The notes beneath the pieces were generated by a model. The model worked only from the letters and a program-made list of their open reading frames with translations. It searched no databases and was not told the DNA's origin. From Chiloscyllium plagiosum (taxonomy: Eukaryota), in assembly GCF_004010195.1 (NCBI RefSeq), contig NC_057718.1, positions 97,761,300 to 97,825,299 on the forward strand: 64,000 nucleotides of DNA, in the 5' to 3' direction. Made by a program: the position numbers and the translations under genes. This document shows positions 12,055 through 25,230 of the stretch, one piece after another (the first letter of the stretch is position 1; every line of letters begins with the position of its first letter).

Positions 12055-12800
12055 TCAAAGTTTGTGCGAAGATTTGTAGCTCGGGTGCTCGTTGTTGTGG
12101 TTCTGTTCGCCGAGCTGGAAGTTTTTGTTGCAAATGTTTCATCCCCTGGCTAGGCGACATCATCAGTGCTTGGGAGCCTCCTGCGAAGCGCTTCTTTGAT
12201 GTTTCCTCCGGTGTTTATAGTGGCCTGTCCCTNNNNNNNNNNNNNNNNNNNNNNNNNNNNNNNNNNNNNNNNNNNNNNNNNNNNNNNNNNNNNNNNNNNN
12301 NNNNNNNNNNNNNNNNNNNNNNNNNNNNNNNNNNNNNNNNNNNNNNNNNNNNNNNNNNNNNNNNNNNNNNNNNNNNNNNNNNNNNNNNNNNNNNNNNNNN
12401 NNNNNNNNNNNNNNNNNNNNNNNNNNNNNNNNNNNNNNNNNNNNNNNNNNNNNNNNNNNNNNNNNNNNNNNNNNNNNNNNNNNNNNNNNNNNNNNNNNNN
12501 NNNNNNNNNNNNNNNNNNNNNNNNNNATAGGTCAAGCCAGACAGAGAACAGCCAGGGAATTCCTAGAGTCATGGCATTCATCCACAAACTCCATCAACAA
12601 ACACATCGACCTGGACCCAATATACCAACCACTACAGCGGACAGCTGAAACTGACAACCGGAAGCGGCAGGGACAGACCACTATAAACACAGGAGGAAAC
12701 ATCAAAGAAGCGCTTCGCAGGAGGCTCCCAAGCACTGATGATGTCGCCTAGCCAGGGGACGAAACGTTTACAACAAAAACTTCCAGCTCGGCGAACAGAA
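12055..12800. mobile_element. Penelope-like element (family D) with inverted pLTRs spanning an assembly gap
   Basis: 12102-12232 is the reverse complement of about 12669-12800; 12527-12751 encodes IGQARQRTAREFLESWHSSTNSINKHIDLDPIYQPL (PLE GIY-YIG C-terminus); perfect 12-bp TSD TCAGAATGGTAC at 12043-12054 and 12801-12812. Confidence 0.88.
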
Positions 12801-13742
12801 TCAGAATGGTACGTTTCCTCCCTGGTGCCAGGGTCAAGGACGTCTCAAAACTGCATACTGACAAAAGGGAGAGTGAAAGGCTGGAAGCTGTTGTACACAT
12901 TGATAAGAACAATGTAATTTAGGAAAGGGTTGAGGTTTTGCAGAATATAGCAAGTTAAGTAGAAGGTTAAAATGCAGAACCCCAAAGGTGCTAATCTCTG
13001 GATCACTTCTGGTGGAGGGGCTAGTGAGATAAGGAATGAGAAGATAGGGCAGATAAATCAAAGGCTGAAGAGGTGATACATTTCAGATTTTTGGTTCATT
13101 GCGATCTGTTCTGGGGCAGAAAGGACCAGTTCACCTGAACTGGACAGGACCAATATCCTGATGATGAGATTTGCTTGAATTATTTGGAGCCTTTAAATAA
13201 GTAGTGGGAGGGGGAGGAGGGTTGGGGGATTCTAAGTATTAGTGAGAACAGAAAGGCGGATGAGGAAGGTTCTGAATAAAAAAAGAGCAAGTTAATCAGA
13301 AAAGGCAGAGAAGAGCAATCAGAGATTGAGGTAACACTGAAGAATTAAACTGCATTTATTTCAATAAAAGGGGCCTTACAGGTCATGCAGATGAACTCCG
13401 GGCATGTATGGAAATGTGGTACTGGGATATCATAACTATTACAGAAACATGATTCAGGGATGGATAGGATTGGCAGCTCAATGTTCCAGGGTTTAAATGC
13501 TAGAGGAAAGATAGAAAAGGAGGCAAGAGAGAAGAGGGGTGACATTTTTGATCAAGGAAAGCATGACTGCTGCATTTACAGAAGATAGTTCTGAGGAATC
13601 GTCCAGTGAAGCTATATGGGTGGAACTTATAAATAAGGAGATGATCACTTTGACGGGATTGGACTATATGTCCCCCAACAGTCAGCGAGAAATTGAAGAG
13701 TAAATATGTAGGGAGATCTCAGATGTATGCAAGATTAATAAA

Positions 13743-13950
13743 GATTTGGAGATGCTGGCATTGGACTGGGGTGTGCAAAGTTAAAAATCACAAAACACCA
13801 GTTTATAGTCCAACAGGTTATTTGGAAGCAGTAGCTTTCAGAGCGCTGCTCCTTCATCAGGTGGTAGTGGAGGGATAGAGCAGCACTCCAAAAGCTCGTG
13901 CTGCCAAATAAACCTGTCGGACTATAACCTGGTGTTGTGTGATTTTTAAC
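13743..13950. mobile_element. Penelope-type fold-back element, family A
   Basis: Internal inverted repeat; TSD CAAGA(T/A)TAATAA at 13730-13741 and 13951-13962; minus-strand CTGATGAAGGAGC..GCTCTGAAAGCTA. Confidence 0.85.
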
Positions 13951-14450
13951 CAAGAATAATAAGGTTATAATAGTAGAGGATTTTAACTTTCCAAACATAG
14001 ACTGAGATTACCATAGTGCTAAAAGCTTGGATGGTGAGAAATTTTTTAAATGTGCTCACGAAAGTTCTCTTTATCAATATTTGATGGACATGCATATCTG
14101 CGAAGGAACAAAACTTGACCTTCTCTTGGGAAATAAGGCCGGGCAAAGTGACTGAAGTGTTGGTGGGGGAGCACTTTAGGGCCAATGATCATAATTCTAT
14201 GAGCTTTAAAATAGCTATGGAAAAGGATAGGCCTTGTGTAAAAGTTCTTAATTGGAGTAAGGCAAAGTTTGATGGTATGAGCCAGGAATTTTCAAGAGTT
14301 GTATGGAGTAGACTGTTTGCAGGTAAAGGGACGACTGGCAAGTAGGAGGCTTTCCAAAGTGAGAACGAGAGTTCGGAGGCAGTATGTTTCTGTTAGAGTG
14401 AAGGGTAAGGCTTGTAAGAGCAGGGAACAATGGATAGGCCAAGCTGAATT

Positions 14451-14611
14451 GCCCCGTAATGTGCAGGTGGGTGGGTTATGTCATGCTAAATACAGGGTTA
14501 CAGGGATAGAGTTGGGAGCTGGTGCTGGGTTGGGGGAATGCTTTTCAGAGTTTTGGTGCATACTTGATGGGCTGAATGGCCTCTTTCCTCACTGCAGGAA
14601 TTCTCTGATTC
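14451..14611 (+). mobile_element. HE1-related SINE 3' half
   Basis: GGCCAAGCTGAATTGCCCCGTA...GGGCTGAATGGCCT...CACTGCAGGAATTCT, similar to the 3' half of the other copies. Confidence 0.6.
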
Positions 14612-15079
14612 CATCTCTGGCACCTCAGCCTGTCACTTCTGACAAAGACAAACATCTTTATAAAAGCAAAATTCTTGGAGGTGATCTGCTAAATTACAAC
14701 TGGTACTCTTTACCATGGAGAACTATGAAGTTAATTTGTCTTTAATTTCCATTTCAGATAGAAATTTGAAAACAATTATGTGCCAATGAATAATAATTGT
14801 ATGTGAAATAGTTAGATACGTAGCTGTACACGAGGTAATTTTATTTCAAAACTCAAATGTCAGTCTTATTTGAAGACCATAATAAGTACAATTAGACATG
14901 ACACATCATACAAATGCAGTGTTACAAGCAAAATAAGAATTTTGAATAAGGATTATCCTCCTAATATTTCAAAGCTCCACTGTCAAAGCTGAGTCCTTAG
15001 AATGAGCGTGTCAACCACACAGATTCACAGATTGAGTTGGCAAATCAGTGTCATTCACATAGGGGTAGCAGGATGTGCA

Positions 15080-15495
15080 TTAATACAGCCCTTTTCACAT
15101 CTGTCGGACTCAGACATCTCAACGTGCCTTTACACCAATTAAATGCTTTCAAAATGTACTGGCTGTTGCTATGTAGGAAACACGGCAGCCAATTCATACA
15201 CAATGAGCATCAGCAAAGCGTACTGTGGTAAGAACCAGATAAACTGTTTTTGTGATACTAACGGAAGGATAAAAATTGTCCTGAAGACCAAGGACTAACT
15301 CCCTTGTTCTGCTTCAAAATTAAAGTCATGGGATTCTATGATTTCACCAGAGGATGAAGAGGGCATCTCTCATCAGAAAAGATAGTACCTTCAGAAGTGC
15401 AGCTCCATCTCAATATTGCCTCAGCCCTGGCTTTTGTGCACAGGTCCTGGAGTGGAATGTGACTTTTATGCCTCAGAGACGAGAGTGCTAAGATG
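15080..15495 (-). mobile_element. DeuSINE-like ancient SINE (SacSINE1/AmnSINE1 type)
   Basis: ATGTAGGAAACACGGCAGCCAATT...ACCAGATAA.CTGTTTTTGTGAT...CATGGGAT resembles the Deu-domain SINE body from memory; fragments at about 43655-44100 and 48045-48240. Confidence 0.6.
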
Positions 15496-16264
15496 TGGTT
15501 GGTAATACACCCTATGCCAGTCATGCTATCCTTATCAAAAAATACAACTTTAATAATCTCAGTCTCATTCTCAAATCATGACCATCACCTGTCTCTGACA
15601 TCTCCTCTTGCCTCACAACCTCTGGAGATAGTTTTCCTCATTTCTTTCTAGTCTCTCGAACAGCCTCCATTTTAATTGCTCCACCATCGATGGCCAGGCT
15701 TGTAGGTGCCAAAGTCCTGAGCTCTGGGATGACCTCACTCAGTATCTCTACTTAAGAATCTAGCTCATTGACCAATAACAAAAGGGTAGATTGGGGAAGA
15801 GGCAAGGATTCAATCAATCTGAAATTGGGGATGGGACATAATGCACCCCAGACCCAGAGGTGCCTAACTCTCTCTGAATGCTTTAAGGTCCCTGGAACAG
15901 TAAGAGGGTAGCACCTGAATTGAACATTAATTACCCATTCAAGGACCTCATTTGAGCTACAGGCGAGTGACCCAGCCAATACCTCCCTGGCCACTTGTAA
16001 AATCATGGCAGAGGTGTGGACACTTGGACCAGCAGTAGGTATGCTGCTAATGGCATGCCCTCACACTTAGGTTCCCACTGGCCTGTTTGCCTGCCTGCCA
16101 GCCCTCTGTTCTGCCCTCTATTGTTCTGCCATGTCAAGGTGGGCATGGAGAGTTTGTGTACTTAGGAAAATGAGGATAACATGCAGAAAACTCCATAGAT
16201 ATGCACATTCTCCACAATTAATCAATTCTTCAAGTTTTCATCCAACTCTCTCAGTTAAAACTTA

Positions 16265-16562
16265 AGTAATGATGTTTTCCATCTTGCGCTCCTCAGGACA
16301 TACACAAGAATGCTGCATTTCAAAGGAAGCACCAATGAATGCTCTATGAGAAGAGAGTGCTGATTGTTTAAAAAGTGGACCCTGATTGGTTCAGGCATTG
16401 CCATCGAAAATGCATCAGAAAACAGTTTTCCCACAAGGTTCTCTTTAAACAAATAAAAGTCTAACCTAAATGGTCAAGACAATGCCATGGGAAATGCATG
16501 GGGGATAGTTATTCCCCCATGTTTTTGTTTAATTGAAAAATGTGCAATCTTTGGACATATTT
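16265..16562 (-). mobile_element. Non-coding repeat, family E, with a degenerate hammerhead-like end
   Basis: Minus strand GTCCTGAGGAGCGCAAGATGGAAAAC; homologous to 44805-45086. Confidence 0.5.
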
Positions 16563-16594
16563 CAATGATCTGTTACTTGGGGGGGGGGGGGGAG

Positions 16595-16885
16595 TCAAGA
16601 CAAGGGGGCATATTTTTTTAATATGAGAGGAGAAAGATTTAAAAGAGACCCGAGAGGCAATGTTTTAACACAAGGGGGTGGTTCTTGTGGAGTGAATTGC
16701 CAGAGGAAGTGATAGGTGCAGGTACAGTTACAGCATTTAAAAGACATTTGGATGAATAGGAAAGGCTTATAGGGATATGGGCCAAACACAGACAAGCAGG
16801 ACTAGCTTAGCTTGGGAAACTTGATCGATTTGGATGAATTGGACCAAAAGGTCTGTTTCCATGCTATATGACTCTCTGACTCTAT
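16595..16885 (+). mobile_element. CR1 LINE 3' end
   Basis: RGHIF..RGERFKRD.RGNVLTQ coding, CR1 3' UTR and ATGACTCT-type tail. Confidence 0.85.
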
Positions 16886-17713
16886 ACAAGCACAAACCAC
16901 AAGCAAATACAAGTGAAACCCTGACTGACAAATTGATTGTCAGTGTAATTCTTAGCAAACTTGAGGTTGCTGAGTAACAACGATCCAGTCATGAAATCAC
17001 AAATAATGTTGGACCTGGTGTTCTGACTTTTGCAAGCACAGTCTGGTCGAGTACAGTATGGACACTGTTGCGAAAAGCCTGTGGTCATGCTGCTTGGTAT
17101 AATCCACCAGTCATTGGAACGTACAGCCTGTAGGAGTCAGAATAATTGTTTTTGCCCAAGGACTAATCGTGAGATTTTCTCAAAAGCTACTTATTAATTT
17201 TTGGAGCTTCCCTTTTGCTTTTTGGGGGATTTCTTTTTTTTCCTTCTGGCAAGCCTCTTTATGAGGTGATGCCATCAGGTGATAGAACAAATCCAGTATT
17301 CTGGCCTCTCCACAGTAATTGAAGTCTTTAATCCCTAATGGCTTTCTGGTAAATCAGTTCTGCATACTGTCTAAGGCATTGACACCCTTGCTAAACTGTG
17401 GCTACTTGAAAGATGAGGTGATAGTGCTCTGACAAAGTTACTAGGTTACCATGGTAGTTGGTGATGTTCAAATAAGTCAAGAATTTGAAAACAGTCACAA
17501 TAATGGGGTACTTAATGCATTGGTACTGAAGGAAATCTGCCATTCCTCCCTGGTCTGGCCTTTGCATGACTCTAAGCCAACAGCAATGGGCCACTTTGAA
17601 ATGGCCAAGTGCAGTTCCTCGGTTCAAGAAGTCGGTTCACCAACTTGACCAGGGCATCTAAATGCTAATTCTGGCAATGTAAATAATGCCCAGTTCTCCG
17701 GGAAATAATTACA

Positions 17714-17981
17714 CCAGACCTGGTTTCGATTCTAGCCTCAGGCAACTGTCTGTGTGGAGTTTGCAGATTCTCCCTGTGTCTGCGTGGATTTCCTCCAGGT
17801 GCTTCAGTTTCTTCCCACAATCCAAAGATGTGCAAGTTAGGTGAATTGACCGTGCTAAATTGCCCAAAGTGTTAGGTGCATTAGTCAGGGATAAATGTGG
17901 GAGAATGGGTCTGGGTGGATTACTTTTTGGAGGGTTGGTGTGGCTTGCTGGACCAAATGGCCTGTTTCCACACTGTAGGAA
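17714..17981 (+). mobile_element. HE1-type SINE, 5' truncated
   Basis: Body homologous to 6542-6891. Confidence 0.85.
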
Positions 17982-19138
17982 CTTAAACTAACCTCTGTTT
18001 TCGAGGTTAACTGAATACTATCTGAATAACTAACGAAAATAACCTTAATTCTAAAGAAGAATCATATTCACTCAAAATGTTAACTCTTTTTCCCTTTTCT
18101 AAGATTCTTTCAGACTTGTTGAGTTTCTCCAGCATTCTCTGCGTTTGCTTAAAAGACTTCCTTGCTTTTGCACCATATACATTTATTTGTAAAACTGATA
18201 CCATTGGTAATAACACCAGTTAATTGGCACTTCCTGCTCATCTCCCAGTACAAAGATGTCTTTCAATCTCCATCTCAGAAATGGATAAATTAGTTCCAAC
18301 TTTTCTGGAACTTCTATTCTGGGGTATTATTAATAGCCTTTTAAATATGTGCTATCCCCTTTAAGGATTTGCGTAAAGAAACCCCTCTCAGGTATCTCGG
18401 TCCCTGCACACAGCTTTAAGATTGTATCATTCAGTATAACGTTGCCAATGCTCCTACCACAATGAAGTTTTTTTACACTTCTCTGCATTTTGTAATGTCC
18501 ACCATGTATCTTTCTTATTTCAAAGATCCACCTGTGTCTGGTGGAATCGCTGACTGCCCACTCCAATTATTTTCCACATTGCCCAGTTTCATTCCAAACA
18601 CAGACTTTGAAATCATACTTTGCATATCTAGGCCTGAGTCATTAGTATACATCAAAAAACTTTTGTCCTATTCAAATCTATAGCGTCCCTGTAATTATCA
18701 TGTATCAGGAAATTACAGTTCACCTCCACTGAATTCAAAGACCATTAATTCATCTATTCTTAAACTTAATGAGCACCGCAACATTGTAAGATTAAATTTC
18801 AAATGAGGCTCCCAGTCAGAGTATTGTTTTTCTTTGTTGAAAGCCGTCATTATTTTATAATGGCCTTTTAAAAATATTTTTGCAGTGCTTCTTGATCCTG
18901 GAACAAATTACAATTAATTTTGGGGAATTCTTTTGCTTTTGATTCACATACACCAGATGATAAATGTAGCTGCCAAGATTCTGGCCTGTAGCAACACTAC
19001 ATTTTTTGTAGTGTTAAGAAGACGGTGAACTATGGCATTCTCTGACATTACTGCATTAATGCTTGACACAAAAGTGTTGAAATGGGCAGGAAATGGGAAG
19101 GCAGCACTGCAGAAATATCCTTTCCAATAGTTCTACTT

Positions 19139-19697
19139 ATAGAGTCATGCAGCACAGAAACAGACCCTTCAGTCCAATAACGACCATCACCCCAAACTAA
19201 ACTAGTCCCACCTGCCTGCTCCTAGCCCATATCCCTCCAAACCTTTCCTATTCATGTACTTATCCAAATGTCTTTTAAACATTGTAATTGTACCCACATC
19301 CGCTACTTTCTCTGAAAGTTAATTCCACACATGAACCACTTTCTGTGTAAAACATTTTCCCCTCATTTAAAATCTCTCTCCTTTCACCTTAAAAATATGT
19401 CCCCTAGTCTTGAAATCCCCCAACCTAGGGAAAACACAACAATTAATCCTATCCATACCCCTCAAGATTTTATAAACTTCTATAAGGTCACCTCTCAACC
19501 TCCTATGCTCCAGTGAAAAAAGTCCCAGCCTATCCAGCCTTTCTTTATCACTCAAACGTTCCAAACTCAGCAACATCCTAGTAAATCTCTTTTACAATAT
19601 CCTTCTTATAACTGGACGACCGGAACTGGACACAGTTCTCCAGAAGAGGCCTCACCAATGTCCTGCACAACCTCAACATGACATCCCAACTCCATTC
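19139..19697 (-). mobile_element. CR1 LINE 3' fragment
   Basis: ORF 19367-19576 ERLDRLGLFSLEHRRLRGDLIEVYKI. Confidence 0.9.
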
Positions 19698-20260
19698 TAC
19701 AGTGTTTTCCTTTTAATTAACAGTGACTTTGCAGCTCAACTGCAGTTTACTAAATATGCTCCACAAAACGTGTCTGTGAATACTACACTGGATTCACACT
19801 GAAAATAGAGGCAGGACACAAGTTAGGCAAGTATTTTAAATGTTCACTGTACTTTATCATTGCATTTCTCATCTCTGTGTTTAGAAAGCAATGGGCCTCC
19901 ATGAAACATCACAAAATCTCCGCCTCCCTGTCCTGGCCACATATGTAAAGGCATGTGTTCAATTATTTTAACTTTTATACATGTTTAATCTATTCTTTGC
20001 ACAGCCTCCTGGGTCCCCAATATATTTCATCCTGTTCAATGCGGAATCCTTTGTGGTTCATTGAGTTTATCATCTGAGATACAGTTAATTGAAGATGCCC
20101 CAAATGGTATTTCCATCCCCTGGTGATATTAAATTGATGGATCATAGAGGAAATCCACTGCTTGTTAGATCTATCAGGAATTCCTGGAGCCAGTCAGTAA
20201 AACCTAAAGTCACAACAGTCTTGCCAGGCCATAGGGCTGTTCTCCCTGTAAAGAAGGCAT

Positions 20261-21732
20261 AACTGGTTAGCAAGGTTAGAACTGATGGAATACAGGGAGA
20301 ACTAACCATTTGGATACAGAACTGGCTCAAAAGTAGAAGACAGAGGGTGGTGGTGGAGGGTTGTTTTTCAGACTGGAGACCTGTGACCAGTGGAGTACCA
20401 CAAGGATCGGTGCTGGATCCTCTACTTTTTGTCATTTACATAAATGATTTGTATGCGAGCATAAGAGGTATGGTTAGTAAGTTTGCAGATGCCACCAAAA
20501 TTGGAGGTGTAGTGGACAGTGAAGANNNNNNNNNNNNNNNNNNNNNNNNNNNNNNNNNNNNNNNNNNNNNNNNNNNNNNNNNNNNNNNNNNNNNNNNNNN
20601 NNNNNNNNNNNNNNNNNNNNNNNNNNNNNNNNNNNNNNNNNNNNNNNNNNNNNNNNNNNNNNNNNNNNNNNNNNNNNNNNNNNNNNNNNNNNNNNNNNNN
20701 NNNNNNNNNNNNNNNNNNNNNNNNNNNNNNNNNNNNNNNNNNNNNNNNNNNNNNNNNNNNNNNNNNNNNNNNNNNNNNNNNNNNNNNNNNNNNNNNNNNN
20801 NNNNNNNNNNNNNNNNNNNNNNNNNNNNNNNNNNNNNNNNNNNNNNNNNNNNNNNNNNNNNNNNNNNNNNNNNNNNNNNNNNNNNNNNNNNNNNNNNNNN
20901 NNNNNNNNNNNNNNNNNNNNNNNNNNNNNNNNNNNNNNNNNNNNNNNNNNNNNNNNNNNNNNNNNNNNNNNNNNNNNNNNNNNNNNNNNNNNNNNNNNNN
21001 NNNNNNNNNNNNNNNNNNNNNNNNNNNNNNNNNNNNNNNNNNNNNNNNNNNNNNNNNNNNNNNNNNNNNNNNNNNNNNNNNNNNNNNNNNNNNNNNNNNN
21101 NNNNNNNNNNNNNNNNNNNNNNNNNNNNNNNNNNNNNNNNNNNNNNNNNNNNNNNNNNNNNNNNNNNNNNNNNNNNNNNNNNNNNNNNNNNNNNNNNNNN
21201 NNNNNNNNNNNNNNNNNNNNNNNNNNNNNNNNNNNNNNNNNNNNNNNNNNNNNNNNNNNNNNNNNNNNNNNNNNNNNNNNNNNNNNNNNNNNNNNNNNNN
21301 NNNNNNNNNNNNNNNNNNNNNNNNNNNNNNNNNNNNNNNNNNNNNNNNNNNNNNNNNNNNNNNNNNNNGTTTACAAAATTATGAGGGGCATGGATAGGAT
21401 AAATAGACAAAGTCTTTTCCCTGGGGTCGAGAGTCCAGAACTAGAGGGCATAGGTTTAGGGTGAGAGGGGAAAGATATAAAAGAGACCTAAGGGGCAACT
21501 TTTTCACACAGAGGGTGGTACGTGTATGGAATGAGCTGCCAGGGGATGTGTTGCAGCCTAGTACAATAACAACATTTAAAAGGCATTTGGATGGGTATAT
21601 GAATAGGAAGGGTTTGGAGGGATATGGGCCGGGTGCTGGCAGGTGGGACTAGATTGGGTTGGGATATCTGCTCGGCATCGTTGGGTTGGACCGAAGGGTC
21701 TGTTTCCATGCTGTACATCTCTATGACTCTAT
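20261..21732 (+). mobile_element. Young CR1 (HER1-like) LINE RT/3' end spanning an N gap
   Basis: [16 protein letters not shown]...[36 protein letters not shown] tail. Confidence 0.92.
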
Positions 21733-21812
21733 GGTGGTGGGTTTAGCCTGAAGTGAGATGAGAGATGATAAAGGGCATATCCTACTTGGTAACTTCAGCC
21801 AGTATGGGAACT

Positions 21813-22000
21813 GAAGGTAGACAAGCAGGAGGCTGGAAGAACACAGCAAGCCAGGCAGGCAGCATCAGGTCTACGTTTTAAATGTAACCCTTCTTCAGAA
21901 TCTGAAATGTTGACTTCTCCACCTCCTGATGCTGTTTGGCTTACTGTGTTCTTCCAGCTTGTCTACCTTGGATTTCAGCATCTCCAGCTTTTTTTTTGGT
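21813..22000. mobile_element. Penelope-type fold-back element (B/C-related variant)
   Basis: AAGGTAGACAAGC..GCTGGAAGAACACAGCAAGCC / GGCTTACTGTGTTCTTCCAGCTTGTCTACCTT inverted arms; minus-strand CTGAAGAAGGGT at the centre. Confidence 0.7.
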
Positions 22001-23527
22001 CTCTAATCGAGTCAAGGGAATTGAACCCTTGCTGGGGTATCACTTTCCATCATAACACAGCTTCCCAGCTAACTGAGCTAGGCATCAAGCTTACTTCTGC
22101 AAAGAGATCTTCGGATGTTGGATTAGCACACAATCCAACTCTCAATATATATTAAACTAGCAGATGCTCATCTGAAATCTTATTATCAGCATGAAACGCA
22201 TGGAGTTACATCCTTTCCATTTTTTGAAGGAATACTGTAGCTTAAAGGGTCAAATTGTGTCCCATCGATTATCATTATCAAAGAAGCTACACTGTTTCAA
22301 TCTCTGCTGCTTCTCAATGTTAAAATACCAGAGTCAGGTTCACATTTTAACAGTCTTTTCAGATGCATCAGTGCACTGAGATATAGTTCTGCCAAATCCT
22401 CCATAATTAGGATCTTAAAATGTGTAAAAAAAAAACTTAGGGCGAAAAGATTAATTTAAATGTCACAGACAGAAATATGTTTGTGATGTATTACCCTGCC
22501 AGGCTGTCTTAGTGTATTCTTCTCCTTGGTGAGCATGCTGCCACTGCTGACAGCACTGAGGAGTCTGATCCAGAAGACAGACTACTGCACTTCAAGGTCA
22601 GTGGGGGTGCTGCTGCCCTGTGCAGGTCTGCATTCAACGCAAGCAAACAGTGGCAATTCACAAGCCATGCGTAATTACCTCTCCCAATTACCCCTGCCCT
22701 TTGGCTACCTCTTTGGCATATGTTTATAAAAACTTGCTAGCACTATGCTAGTTCCCTGATTCTGTCCTCACTTGCCTTTTCCCATTTTGTACTTCCATCT
22801 TTACAATACCAAGCACTGCCTGCCAAGTGTAGGTGCCTTCCTACAACAGTGACCAAAAGTACCTGTTATTTTATCACACATTGCTGTATTACAATTCTGC
22901 ACACTGTCTTTACTCCATCCTCTGTCTAGTTTTTGAGAACATCCTCCCATCCGTTCACTGCAAACAGGAAATAGTGACGCTCAAGTCAGGCTGACCAATT
23001 TCCTTTTGCATATTTTCATATCAACCTGTACAGTGATGTGTCCCATCGATTATCATTATCAAAGAAGCTACACTGTTTCAATCTCTGCTGCTTCTCAACG
23101 TTAAAATACCAGAGTCAGGTTCACATTTTAACAGGAGCAGGAGCAGGTGTGACTTGAAACTGAGCCTCCTGGCTCAGACATAGGAACATTACCACCATGC
23201 CACAAGAACCAATGCTGCAGATAAGCCCTCAGTCCTTTCAACAAAGCTTGGTTTGAACTGGATGCATATTTTAATTCAGTTTGAATTTTTGTGGTAATGC
23301 TTATGATTATTATTAAGCAGCATCAAAAGTTGACTTTGCTTTCTGGCCCTCTGTTCCTCAGAAGCATTAAGTGCCATTAGTCGGCTGACCATCTGTATTC
23401 AGCAAGGTGTTCAGATTTGGCATTTCAAGAGCCATCAGAACAAAAAAGGTTTTGAAGTATCAGTGAAGCTGCAAAACACAAATTTAACTTCAAGACTATA
23501 ATTTCCAAGCAGTTTGCAAGATTAAGA

Positions 23528-23739
23528 GGAAGTGGCGACTGCAGATGCTGGAGATCAGAGTCGAGAGTGTGGTGCTGGAAAAGCGCAGCAGGCCAGGCAG
23601 CATCTGAGGAGCAGGAGAATCGATGTTTTGGCATGAGCCCTTCATCAGGAATGATGAAGGGCTGCTGCCCAAAATGTTGATTCTCCTGCTCCTCGGATGC
23701 TGCCTGGCCTGCTGTGCTTTTCCAGCACCACACTCTCAA
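23528..23739. mobile_element. Penelope-type fold-back element, family B
   Basis: Arms 23563-23647 and 23652-23737; perfect 17-bp TSD AGTTTGCAAGATTAAGA at 23511-23527 and 23740-23756. Confidence 0.9.
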
Positions 23740-24274
23740 AGTTTGCAAGATTAAGACAAATGAGAACATTTAGAGGCTCTGACATTAGGCAATTTGTAAC
23801 TGTGTTGCATTGCAGCATAATTCCACAGCCTGTTGCAATTCTAAAACATGGAAGGTGCTCTGGCAACCATTGGAAGATAAAATGATATTAACTAACTGTT
23901 TCTCCACTGTGACAGTGCAGGAATCTCAACTCCCAAATTCCACTTCTCAAACATCCTTCATATCATGTTGCCTTTGCAATTCAAGCAAGTTTATACAATG
24001 TCTCCTCTGCCAATGTTACCCCTTTCTGTGCAAGAGTTGTTGCTCTGTGCTAGTGTATGTTTGCATGGGATGTTCATAACCCACTGGCACATTGTTCCAA
24101 AAGACTGCTTCTTACATAGGAGATCGAAGAACTGAGTTTTAGCAGGCACTGATTCTGCCCAGTCCCTGTGTTCACAATCACACATTGGAAATTGGCAGAA
24201 ATCACTGTAAACCAGTCAGGAGAGAGCTGCAGCTGATTTTCATTTTGCACCTGATCCTCCAAACCCATTACGAA

Positions 24275-25230
24275 GGCAGATGGGACACTTGCTTTCATAA
24301 GTCATGGCACAGAATATAAGAGCATGGACGTAATTTGGAGTTGTACAGAGCATTGATCAGGCCACAAGCGGAGTGCTGTGTGCAGTTCTGGTCACCTCAC
24401 TACAGGAAGGATGTGATTGCATTGGAGAGGGTACAGATGAGGTTCACCAGGATGTTGCCTGGGTTGGAGAAATTGACCTACAAGGAGAGACTAGATAGAT
24501 AAGATTAGATTAGATTCCCTACAGTGTGGAAACAGGCCCTTCGGCCCAACCAGTCCACACCGACCCTCCAAAGAGTAACCAACCCAGATCCATTTCCCTC
24601 TGACTAATGCACCTAACACTATGAGCAATTTAGCATGGCCAATTCACCTAACCTGCACATCTTTGAACTGTGGGAGGAAACCAGAGCACCCGGAGGAAAC
24701 CCACACAGACACAGGGGGAATGTGCAAACTCCATACAGACAGTCGCCAAGGCTGGAATCAAACCTGGGACCCTGGTGCTGTGAGGCAGCAGTGCTAACCA
24801 CTGAGTCACTGTCGATTGTTTTCTTCAGAGCAGAGAAGACTGGGGCGGGGTGGGGTGGGGGGGGAGCTGTTTGACGTGTATAAGATTGTGAAGGGAATGG
24901 ACAGGGTGAATAGAGAGCTCCCCTTGGTTGAGGGATCAATCACGAGAGGGTATACTTATAGGGGAAGGAGATTCAGGGAGGACTTGGGGGGAAAAAAAAC
25001 ATTATCATTCAGCAATTAGTGGGAATCTGGAATGCACTACCTAGAAAGGTAGTGGAGGCTAGAAATCTTACAGCCTTTAAAAAATGTTTGGATGGGCACT
25101 TCAAATATCATAACATTCAAGGATATGGGACAGCTGCAGGGAGTTGGGAGTACTGCATCTTTAGTGGTAGTTATATCAGTGCAGTCTTGATGGGCTGGTG
25201 GGCCTTTTCTGTATGATTCCATGAATCTAT
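24275..25230 (+). mobile_element. CR1 LINE 3' fragment with a nested SINE
   Basis: CVQFWSPHYRKDVIALERVQMRFTRMLPG; GIWNALPRKVVEA. Confidence 0.85.
24502..24812 (-). mobile_element. HE1-type SINE
   Basis: Reverse complement of the HE1 body with (AATCT)n tail. Confidence 0.9.

Larger units (their letters stand above)
11900..14435 (+). mobile_element. CR1 LINE 5' part (ORF1 esterase-like region and ORF2 endonuclease), degenerate, with nested Penelope-type insertions
   Basis: VRGTDR..FCGCEHEFRMV|RFLPGARVKDVS; HLNWTG; VGEHFRANDHNSMSFKI..VLNWSKAKFDGM. Confidence 0.8.

Noticed and set aside
11952..12648. ORFs of 106-192 aa
   Set aside because: They span the N gap in the Penelope element
20347..21410. 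ORFs of 292-345 aa
   Set aside because: Mostly X residues across an N gap inside a CR1
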